Shown one piece after another: positions 24,078 through 35,241 of a stretch of 64,000 nucleotides of DNA. The notes beneath the pieces were generated by a model that was not told the origin of the DNA, made no database searches, and saw nothing but the letters and a program-made list of their open reading frames with translations. The position numbers were made by a program, and so were the translations under genes. The stretch is from Amphiscolops sp. MND2022 (lineage: Eukaryota). The stretch is from positions 91,638,001-91,702,000 of the forward strand of contig OZ076409.1 in assembly GCA_964187785.1 (NCBI GenBank), in the 5' to 3' direction. Each line of letters starts with the position of its first letter. Within the stretch, counting starts at the first letter, position 1.

Positions 24078-24771
24078 CTGCGGGTGTGATAAAAAGAAAA
24101 CAGCCAGCATTAAGTCCGTTTTCATATGCCTCCTTTCTGAGTCTCGTGATGTATTCAGGCTCATCTCTTGGTGTAGATCGTTGCATATACCATTTCACCT
24201 TTTCTTCCTTGATTGAGTCCACTGAGCGGCCGCAAACCATGCATCCTGTATAACGTACCTCACTGACATTTTGATAGGGTACTGTATTTTGCACATGGTA
24301 GGACGCCTGAAAGTTACTCCAGGTCGGCTGGAGAAGGGGGGTGTCCACACTTGGCCCCCTCTCGTGCTCCGGGGGAGACATAGGCGATTCTAGGACGGCC
24401 ATTATCGTGTTACAGAGCTCTATGCGCTTCTTTTCAAATTTCCTTGGTGGGGCATAGCACATTTCTCTATCGAAGTATTTAAGGCCTAGTTTTGGTGTCA
24501 CTCCTTCTTCCACTTGAGACTTACTTGGCCCTGCTCTCGCCTCGTCTTCGGGTTCATCCATGGTCATTATCCTGCCCCCGATTAGCATTGGGCTGGAAGT
24601 AATTTCTCTTTCAATCCGGGCTATCAGTTGCACGGTGTCCGTCGAACAATCGGTTTCCCAGTCTGAGGACTCATCTTCACTACTGGATATGTAGATTACT
24701 GATTTATCGGAGTTATCAGAATCATATTCTTCAAAATCAAACAATTTTCTCGAGAGATTAAACTTGCTCAT
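23992..24771 (-). CDS. Element A ORF-X, orphan 259-aa protein (acidic N-terminus, CxxC) ending inside the 3' LTR
   Basis: Uninterrupted ORF; homolog in B at 57120-57913 shares DCSTDT, SPMLIGGRIMT, CMVC, EPEYIT.LR.EAY and QAAAC. Confidence 0.8.
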   Translation of the reverse strand: MSKFNLSRKLFDFEEYDSDNSDKSVIYISSSEDESSDWETDCSTDTVQLIARIEREITSSPMLIGGRIMTMDEPEDEARAGPSKSQVEEGVTPKLGLKYFDREMCYAPPRKFEKKRIELCNTIMAVLESPMSPPEHERGPSVDTPLLQPTWSNFQASYHVQNTVPYQNVSEVRYTGCMVCGRSVDSIKEEKVKWYMQRSTPRDEPEYITRLRKEAYENGLNAGCFLFITPAVSQAAACDRTTVTTSANGQEFVPGTLPI

Positions 24772-25701
24772 TATGAGTTTTTAGGCGATTTTCGAAGCTG
24801 GTAAGGCGACTGATTGCTGAATAATTTGAGACAGAATGAATCTACTGAAATTCCGTCGTATGCCGAGTTAGGACATTTTCCCGGGTTTTCTATTCAGCAG
24901 TAGATCCTCAGGTTAATCGTCCCGAGTCGTCGTAAACTTTCCTGAATGGAATTTTTTGCGGCATCGCTTCTTTGAATTGTAGTTGGCTTGCGTTACTGAA
25001 TCTACCCAAAATGGCTTCAGCCAATCAGAGTTACTCATTGATAAAATGAAAAATGTATAAATAAAATGGCGAAAATAATAACTAAAATAATTCAAAATGG
25101 CGAAAATTCTAACTAAGAAGAACTGGGATAACGGAACAAAACGGTAAACCAAGAGAAGGCAAACGGCAATAATCGGCCTTTAACTAATCAAGCTGTAAAT
25201 AACGAAGAATTTCTTGTACACATCGCTGGCAGACTCCATGTACAATTTTAAGAAATATGTAGATAAAAATATAATATTAGTCTGGTAATTTCCTTCAGCC
25301 ACGAACTCCAATCTTTTAATTTCCTTCACCCAGTCCCAGTTCCAACTTAATTCCATTTATATTCCAATTTTATTTTTACTTGGATTTGCTTTGTTGATAC
25401 CTGTTTTTCCTCGCCTTTGACTCAGCTGCAGACATCTCTCTGTCGGAGTGTTCCTCTCTCTTCCTGTCGGATCCGGCCGATTTCCCAATTATCAGCAACC
25501 AGTCAAGGATTTGTTCCCAACAGTTGACTCGTCATAGAATGTCATCCGCTGAAGGTTGGTTTGTTTCTGATTTGAACTTAATTTAACTTGATCAGGGCTA
25601 AATTTGTTCATAAAACGCTTCCTATTTCCGTCAATGAACACGTGCAAACACACTTCATTCAAGTTTTCAAGACACTTCCGGAAGTTTTCTAATGCGGCAA
25701 A

Positions 25702-28700
25702 ATGGATTTCTTTCAAGGAAGCTCACCGCCAAATTTCATCTCTTTCTGTTTAGAGAATCAGATTGTAGACGAAAATCAAACTCCAACCAACACCACGGTG
25801 AACATCCACACACAGTCCGAAGAAACATTTGACCCGTCTTCCGTCCTCACTGCCAATCTTGCTCAAGATCCGATCCCAACTCCTCTTCCTCACGTCAGGT
25901 TTGTGACATTCCAGGATCAGAACACTACTGAATCCCCTCTCAGCACTGAGCGTAATGTGGATGTTACTGCTTACGCGACTGAGATGGTACAGCGAATGGA
26001 GGCAAGCCAAGTTGCTGCATCGCCACCGGCAGAGGAAACTGACGAAAGCAGACCCGTAGCCTCTCCTTGCACGGAGGGTTTGTCCCCCCACCACTCTTAG
26101 ATCCTAGGAAAACTAGCACCCCAACGCAGGCTGGTCGGAATCTAGGTGAGTCGCCGAGTTTATCCCAGCTTGAGTCACTCTTACAAACCACCTTCACTGA
26201 GTTCCCTGAGCTGCAAGTCACTGCTTCAACATCAAGAGTGGCCCCAGGTACCTCTTTCTTGCAAATTGAGGAAGACTCCTCATCAACAACCAGTGGTCCT
26301 CCCCCGTTACCAAAAGGGAAAGCTCGAGTAACCAAGGAGACTAGCGACGTCAATACCACGTGAGCGGCTTCTGGACTTGATGACTTTCCCCCACTGTACG
26401 GAACGATTCCAGGTTATTCAGAGCTTGAGTCCGGAAAAGGCACCGATACTGAGCTTGAGAATTACATTAACGACCCACTTGGGTCGTCAACGATGGGTGC
26501 CCGACAACAGGAGGAACCACTAAGAGAGTTGTCTGGTCGCAGCAGGGCTATTTTAAAACAGTATTTTGAGGCCGAAGACCCTTACACTTTCCCTGTGGGC
26601 CACAGAACTGTAGCTTTCACTGAGCCTCAGATCTACCACTTGTTACGAGTCTTGACCGATGAGGCCATCAGCATGACCTGTACAACCATGGAGCAAATGG
26701 TCATAGGGGCAGTGAAAGGAAAGCTAGCCACGGCCCCTTCGAAAACTGGGCAATTCAAGAGCCGAGCCCAGACACCTAGACCCCATCAAGCAGGAAGCTC
26801 TAGTTCCGAAGGATTCCTCACCGATCCCGGACAGGATTCAGAGGCGAGTGGGGACTTTAGTGCATTGCTTGAAGTCGGGGGTATATCAATGCCGGAGGAT
26901 AGCGATAGTTCAGGGGAAATGGCTCTGATAGCCAACAGTTTCAAAAGATCGTCGATCGAGAACACCAGGCCTGCACAGCAATCATCAACATTCCTTGAAT
27001 CAATTGGAAGAGGAGAAGAATCCACAGGATAAAGCAGTCTTGATGCGACATTATCAGAACTACGAGAGCAATCTTCGACTCAAAAACTTCAAAGGAAAAA
27101 GTCAGGCAAGAAGACCCGCAAGCCCAAAACCACTCCGAGACGAGGAGTACCCATGCGAGAAGAGTTCTTCTCCAAGATCGGATGGACTCGGTCCTTCTCA
27201 TCTGGCCCCGCAGATCCCCTTCATAATCCGCACATGGTCTGGTGCCACATGTGTAAAAAGAACTTTTCTGTGAAGACGAAAGGGGTGGTCGAAATTCTTA
27301 GGCACCATCGAACCGAAAAACATCTCCGAAGGGACCAGCGTTGGCGCTACGAGCACCTCAGGAGCGTTGACCCCGTCACAGGAAAAATCCAACATAGGGT
27401 TAGAGGGAGTAACGGGAAGATCCTCAGTAAAGTTGAATTGGCGCAGGAACTTGCAAAGTTCATTCACACCGAACTTGTTGATGTAGGAGAAAGGTTCCCC
27501 TTCTATGAGGACTATTTCAAAGGAAGCACCACAGCCTTAGTAACTCCCCAGTCACGTGCTAAAACTCAGATTTGCCTCATCAGGGACTTCATCCAAAGGC
27601 AGGGGGATTTAACCGTCCTCTGGAATTTATGGTCACTAGTCGGGTCCTTCACTGACTACCAGGCAGCCTTCCACGACTTCGATTGGAGTGAGGAGAGAAT
27701 CACAGTGAGTATAATTCGAATGTCCTGTTTCCGATTCCTACTCACACGTTAACATACGAACTTGTATACTATCGCATATATGCACGTAAATAAATGTATG
27801 GGAGCTGACATAGGTGAAATTGCAATATCTTGTGAGTGACTCCATTCTGCATTTCAGGCTATATTCCAACATATTTTCAACTGTGTCATAGAGGACATTG
27901 CTGAACAAGTGACTTCAGCACAGCATTTTTCCATCGAATTTGAGAACAGTGGGACAGATCGTCTGATGTTTCTGCGCTATTGGAGGGAGACCAAATTCTG
28001 TAGGGTTTTCATCTGTCGTAGTGCGCTTCCTGCTGCTGACCTCACCGGTGAACTGGGGTCTCTGTCACGTTTGATATCAGTAGTGTCAACCGATTGCGAC
28101 ATTGTTGCTTGCTCGGGCTGCTCTGTGGACTATATTCGTACAATTCACCAGCATCTTTCCTACTCATGAGGCATCCGAAGCTGCTTCCAATTTGAATCGC
28201 TTGATTTACAACTTCTGATGCACAAGTTCACATACAGTATGTTTGGCCACATTGACATGTTCTCCGTCCTGCAATGCCTTCTCGTTTCCCTAGGCGGGTC
28301 TGTCACTGAAGATTGGGTCCTGGAATCATCTGAGCTCACTCGAGTTAGTGCATTTTGCTTTACTCAAATGGTAACGTAGGACGAAGTGATAGGGACATGC
28401 AATTGTATGACACGTTTCATAACCTCATTGTATTTAGGCTATAACCACCTGCAAATTGGAAGTGGACAAACTCCCGGATTTATGTCGGGATTTACTCAAG
28501 CGATGGAAATCAGTCCTCCGATATCTGACTGTCCATTCCCGCCGAGAACCAAGGTGTGCACAACAAGGTCCAGAGCTTTGAGTGGTCCTTGATATCCGAT
28601 GAGTTCTTCTCCGTCAGACTGGAATTCTTTCAGCGTCTCATCAACGACTGTGAGTATGCTATGCTTCGGTATGCATCGGTCACATGTCCTGGTATGGACT

Positions 28701-29883
28701 CTTTTGGTTTTGTGTTTCAGACGTCTCAAGTTTTACCGTCAATCTTTCTCATAGACGAGACGCTACCTTCTACCTCTGCGGGGAGGTTTGCAGGTTCATC
28801 AGCCGGCTTTGCTTTTGGGTGTATGAGCCCGACACTGTCCGTCTCAAGAGTGCCTGGTTTCTCTTGCTGGATTTTCGGACTAGCGACGGGAAATTCATTA
28901 AAGATGACGAATTTCTAGTCAGACTCAAGATGACCAACAAGGTGACTGCTGCTAGTAATCTGAAGGCAGCAGGATTACATTTCAACAAGAAGTCAAGTAA
29001 GGCTGTCATTGATAAGACGGCCGACTCAGCCAAGTCCGACTTCATAACCAGTGCCAAGAAGTACTTCGAGCACCTACTCAGAGGTGTCCTCCAGCATACT
29101 GGTCTTAGCTCTGATATTATCAAGGGCTTGGCAGCTTTTGACCCTTACATCATGATGAAACGGCCTCCCGAGGTGGCTCTCCGCCACTTTGGCATCCTAT
29201 ATTCAACTTTCCAGTTGCGATCCTGGGTCACTGGGCCAAATGAGGCTGCGTGCACGGACGAGTATCTGGCATTGCTGGATTATCTCTGAACTTACCATTC
29301 TTCCAACCCGAGCCTTACTTATGACTCAGGTGACCTCATAGAGTTCCTTATGGGGCCTGATTTCCTGCAAACGCATGAGCACCTCTATTACCTTTTCGAG
29401 TTGAGCTGTCTGTGTTTAACCTCTGTTAGTCCCCGATATCCAGCTGTGGTGATGGGAAAGGTAGACACTCAAGGCCTTCAGTCACGAATAGCCGATGTAG
29501 TTTTGCCTTGCCAAAATTACCTATCTGAGGTTTCTGACTCCCTGGCTCTCTGCTGTACTGATATCAGCCTTGAAAAATTTTCTCTGCTCTCCTCTTCAAT
29601 CGGGCAATCTGGACTCTGTTCCGATTATGATCCCTGGACATATGTGGATAACTTCGGGCGTTCGTCCATTTACAAGTCCTTCATGTCTTCCCATCGCTCT
29701 GTTCTTTCTGGGGCAGGAACGAGTTGTAAGGATGTTACTGCAGCTGACGTTCCCTCTGTGAGAGATGCTCCCGCTGTTAGGCTGCCCAGCGACACCAAGC
29801 GGAGACGTATGGAAAGGAGCCAGTCCCGGTCCAGGTCATCCTCTGTAGTGATGGAGGCTACGACTAGCAGCTCTAAAGACTAA
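25702..29883 (+). pseudogene. Element A antisense accessory gene: BED-type Zn finger plus hAT-transposase-like body; introns 27705-27857, 28344-28437, 28650-28720
   Basis: WCHMCKKNF...ILRHHRTEKH; FSIEFENSGTDRLMFLRYW; LAAFDP; GT..AG introns at the same codon positions as in element B; several frameshifts/stops. Confidence 0.8.
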
Positions 29884-30108
29884 TTGTGCATATGTATATA
29901 TGTACACCTGGACTGTAAACTTTGTTTATTTCTGTTGTATTTGTCATTTTGTTTCTTTGGTTTCTTGATCCCGTATTTATTCTCTTCTGGAAGGGATCCT
30001 TTTGAGTCCCATTATTTATTCAAAAAATACTTTCCTGGGACTGGTAAAGAGAAACAGATAAAAGAAAAGAGAACTCCAGGCTCATTTGTGAGCTGAATTT
30101 AGCCTTTT

Positions 30109-33100
30109 CTAGTATCTAAAGTCTTCTGAGTAGTTTGGGTTAGGGTTAGGCCTGTGATTATATTTCCCTCCTCTAGGGCTCAGGTTTTCCTTTCTGGTAT
30201 CATTTTCCGATATTTCGGGCACGATAATATAATTCCCCCTTTTTGGAGAATTTTGTGCATCATTTTCATTCATCGGATTTCTTTGTGAAGAATTTTCATC
30301 GTTTTTTAGTCCATCATCCGATTTCGGCAAAGATTTTTCTTGACTTTTTGGGGAAACGACCGGATTCAGCCAATCAGATTCTTCATTTCTAGTCTCTTCA
30401 TCAGCTTCATTTCTTTTGGTGAGGTCATCAGTTAATTGTTCATTCCGGCTGTGCGCCGTACAGTCAGCGTGATTTGATTCGTCTCTCGTGATTATGTAAT
30501 CCACTTGATTCTCGTTTGCGTCACTTGAATTCGTTTCTGCCGCACTCGGCCGTTCGCCATTCGGCAAGCTAGTCGGAATAGGATCGTGTCCTCGTGTTAT
30601 GAGTTGCTCGCCAAAGTCTGTTTCCCACGTTATGATATATAAGTCGTCTTGCGGAATGACGATCTCTTCATCAAGCTGTAACCGCTGTTCTCGGAAATTA
30701 TCCTCAAGCGCTTGGTTGGTGACAAACTTTTTAAGGCGAATCCGAGGCAATATTTGAGTCTTGTTTGTTTTGATTCGTCGTACAATATTTTTTTCATTAG
30801 GTAAAATTTTTTGGACTATAAATGCTCCGACCCATCTAGAATCACGAAATGGGATTTTTTATCCTTGATGATCCGCTTTCGGCTGTAATACAAAGCAGTA
30901 ATCTTTCTTCTTTAGTGTGCGGCTTTTGCCTTGCGGTCATAATATTCTTTGTACTTGCTATCTGACTGCATAATTTTGCTTTTTTTGTCAATCAAGGTTT
31001 TTGTCCGGTTTTGTATTTCCTCAGCAAGTTCGGTTGTTGGGTTGACTTGCTCGTTTGGATTATTTCCAAGCTTGTGATCCAAGATATTATATGGAATTCT
31101 TCCATGAAATACTCTCGTCGGCTTACAATCGATGCTGGCATGGTAACTAGTGTTGTGATTTAGTACTGCTAGTGGCAAGTATTTGCGCCATTGTCGGCGG
31201 TATTCTCCACATGCCATTTTGAGGTTTGTTTTCAGCGAGGCATGGGTCCGCTCCAATTTCCCACTTGTTTGTGGGTGTTTTGTTTTTGCACATTTGAGTG
31301 TTATGCCCAAAATTTGCGTAATTTCCGCAATGATCGTGGAAGTAAATGCAGTACCCTTGTCAGTAATAAGTTTTGTCGGTAAATATGCGTGTTTAGTCAT
31401 AATGTCAATGAGGGCTTTTGCTACGTTGATCGCCGATGCGTCCGTAAGAGGATAGGCGAACAAATATCTAGAGAATACGTCAATTGCTGTTAGGACATTT
31501 TCAAACCCTCCACTTGGTGGAACATTCGGCAATAGGTCAATCTGCATGGCGTCCTCAGGTCCAAGGTCCCATTCGGGCAAGTTGAGTACTTCCGGCGTAA
31601 TTGTTGCGTTGGGGACTCGTTTGTCCCTTGCACATTCTTCACACCCTTCTACCCATTTTTTGAAGTGTTTAGCCATGTTAGGGTAGTAATACCTCTGTCG
31701 AATTTCCTGCAACATTTTTGAGATACCAGGGTGTATGTACGCTGTCCCATGAAGAGACTGAAGCAATTCCTGGAGTAAGTGTTGCGGGAGCAGAATTTGA
31801 TGGTATTCAACGTTCCCTGTTTCATCAAAGTATTGCCTTGTCAGGATTTCGTCCTTTAATACAATTCGTTCCAGATTGTTTGCATAATGCCTGTATCGAG
31901 CATCATGTTACAGTAGATTTTCTGAATACTCTTCATGAAGCAGTTTTGCTTTCAATTGTTGTAGTACCGCATCTTTGGATTGCTCGATAATGATCTGGTT
32001 CGTCTTCTTCAATCGGACTTGTATATCAGGGTGTTGCTTGACCAGATTTGTTGACAGAGTTTGTATTGTAACCGTGGGCTCATCAATAGCTGGATTTTTC
32101 CTGATTGCTTCTTTCCTTGCCCAGTATTGTTCCTCTGTCTCATCGTAATCATTCGTGTAGAAGATTTGTACTTCCTGTGACACCCCTGGTGATTGGACAT
32201 TTATTTCGATTGGTACCTTTTGTACATCTTCGCGGATCTTCATGACTAATTTGTCCTTCGGGTCCGCTTCCAGGCGGGACAAATAGTCGGCAGCTGTATT
32301 TTGTGCTCCTGGGATGTGCGCGATGACAAAATTGAACTGAATCACATAATTGCACGCGTTCCACAGGGCTGGAGGTATTATTTTCGTTTGAAAAAATTGC
32401 GTGACAGCTTTGTTATCTGTAAGGATAATGACCGGTTTCGGCGCACCCCAGAAGATGTGTCCAAATTCTTTGAATGCAAAATAAATTGCAGGGAATTCTT
32501 TGGCATAAATTGACATTTTGATCTGTGCCGGGGTGAAGGTTTTTGATCCGTATGCTACAGGGGCATAGGACTTTCTGAGTGACGTGAATTTCTGGCTTGG
32601 GTCGTCTTCAATTAGGACCGCGTACCCGGCTGCACCAAAACTTGCATCAGTCATTATTGCAATTTGCTTGTTCGGTATAGGTTGTTGTAGGGCTAAATCG
32701 CAGCATTTGTCTAGTGCTCTATTGATTTCTTCGAATTGCTGGACTAATTCTTCCGATACTAGGACCTTTTTGTCACTTTTCAGCATCTTGTAGAATGGAG
32801 CAAGGCGTTCTGAAAGTCTTGGGACATAATTCCTGTAATAGTTCAGGAATCCCAAATAGAGTTGTAAAGCCTTTTTCGACTTCGGGAATTTGGTCTTTTC
32901 CAGGAAGTTCTGTACATTCTGTTTCTGGGGTTTGACGCCTTGTGGAGTAATAGTTCGTCCGGGAAAATCAGTTTCTTTTGCACCAAAGTGACATTTGTGC
33001 ATTGTCAACTTAAGGCCTGCTTCCTGAATGCATTTGAATGTTGCTCTCAGGTTAGCTATGAAGTGCTCAGCATCATTGGCTGCGATGCCGATATCGTCCA

Positions 33101-35241
33101 CATACTGGGCACATTGGTCCGGTTTGATGACTTTGTCAAGGTATTCCCTCATAAAGCTCGAAAATGCGGACAGAGCCCGGCTAAGGCCTTGTGCCAAACG
33201 TCTGTATGCAAATGTGCGACTGGCGAAGTTAAAGGCCAACATTTCAATCGATCGTTGGTCAGCCATCGGCAAGCAGTGGTATGCCTGTGAGCAGTCTAAT
33301 TTACAGAACAGTTTTTTGCCCGCTAAGTGTTGGGCGGCGTCGACTAAAGTACTGACGGGGTGATTATTGTTTATGTAATCATCGGATATGAGGTTGTTGA
33401 TTTTTCTCAAGTCAACCAAGAGTCTGAGTTTTCCGTTCGGTTTCTTTTTTGCGAACATTGGACTTGCATATTTCGAGTACGTTAAGGTAGTGGTGATACC
33501 ATATTTGTGTAACATGGCCAATTCGACTAAGATGTCCTCCTTCAGGTTGATAGGGGCTGGGAGGCTGTGACTATAGGCTGGGGAATCGTCCTTTGGTGTC
33601 AATTTCACCTTGAATTCCTCGTTCATGCCTAAGTCAAATCTGTGTCTTGCAAATATGTCATGGAATTCCACTATTAATTCCTCATTTTTCTCCTTTTCTT
33701 CAGGAGTAGGGGTGGAATCTTTTCAATCAAAGTTTCTTAGGAATTTTGCACGAGATTCTTCATCTTTGGTGGGGCGAGTGTTTCCAGGTCCTGTAAGGCC
33801 TGTAGTTCTCGTAGGATTCTTTTCTGGATGGGTGTGTGTTCCTCGGGGTTTCCAGGGATTTCTGGGGTTGGGAACCAGTAATTTTCGGAATTCTGAGGAT
33901 TTCTGTTCGTCTTGATGAGGCTGCTGACATAATGGGTTGCATGCTCTTGGTCATTTTGCAAGAGGTGCCAGGTTGAAGCCGGGTCTACCGGTTTGACAAA
34001 TTTCATCTGTTCTGGCGTCATGACTGAAAAATTGGCAATATAAAGTCCGTTCTTAAGTTTATAAGGGTGGTCTGTGGAATTATTCACAGGGATCGATATA
34101 CTGCCATCATTTAAAGTGACCAAGGCTGGGCAAAATGTGATGTCCCTTTCTTCGTGTAAGAGGTCACTTGGCTGTAAAATGCCAGTTACAGCATTCTCGG
34201 ACAGAGTAGTGAATTGGTCCTGATTAGCCGTTTTGAGCTGCATTGAAAAGAACGGGAAATTCAGGATTCCTTGTCTCATGTCCAAGACTGTATGATTTCT
34301 CTGAAGGAACATTAGTCCAATGATCGGTCCTGTCAAATGTTCCATTACTATGAAGATTTCATGGAACTCAATGTCACCAACTTCGAATTTGAGCTCTATG
34401 GTACTCTTAGGAGTTTCCAGTTGCCCATTAGCGACCATGATTTGGAAGTTCGGAGGCGGACCTTCTCGGATAACAGATTGTGAAGATAGAAGCCGAATTT
34501 TCCGGAGGTCCATTTCAGGAATTGCACTGGAGAGAGCCCCAGTGTCTATGAGTCCATCAATGGTCAGTTCACCAAAATCCATTGGGAAAAAAGCATGCGT
34601 TTCTTGCATCCGAGGTTATTGTTGGTTGACAGGGGTATACAGTCTGGTTCACCGTCTTTGGTGATGAGTACATTTTGGAACTGTTTCTCGTCTAATAGTG
34701 ATTGTGGTGTGGATTCGGCAGTATTTTCAGGATTCTCGGTTCCCAGGGGGTTTGGGATTGGGTGGACTGGGTGGATTGTACCATCGTTCATTTGCCAATT
34801 TTCAATTAGTGCCCGTGTTTTTTTATGGGTACTTGGAGGGTTCTCGTGGACTGTTTTGTTGTAGTGTTCAATGTTCAATGTCATCTAGGACATACTGGAG
34901 TTGCAAGAGGTCCTGGTTATAAATCTCAGTGTCCCAATAAGGATCTCTGCCATAGTCTTGGTCGATGTATGTTGGATTGTAATCATCGATCAGGGGAATG
35001 GACCTGAACCGGGTAGGGAAAGTAGGTGTATAGTCCGGGTCCCAGACAGGAATTGGTTTTTGGAATAAATGGGTGTTGTTGTAAGTAATGATGTTAGCTT
35101 TATCCATCTGCTGCTGCCAGACGACAAGGGGATAGCCCATCAATTGTTGTTTGTAATTGTGGAAGTTTTTAGTTGGAGGGTCCGACTTGATGTATTGTCG
35201 GACGGAGACGAGTTGGTTATATTAGAGTCGTGGCGAAGCTA
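30109..35241 (-). pseudogene. pol: Element A pol (protease, RT, RNase H, integrase), several frameshifts/stops
   Basis: LIDTGA; LRLLVDLRKIN, LDCSQAYH, YVDD; TDAS, ADYLSR; H..H..C..C, QIDL, TDKG, LERTH; long acidic integrase tail. Confidence 0.95.

Noticed and set aside
23992..24771. env gene
   Set aside because: No signal peptide, furin-site/fusion-peptide pattern or TM anchor.
25702..29883. Independent hAT transposon nested in the retroelement
   Set aside because: Same position and orientation in two diverged subfamilies, no TIR or 8-bp TSD seen, catalytic Asp residues not evident.
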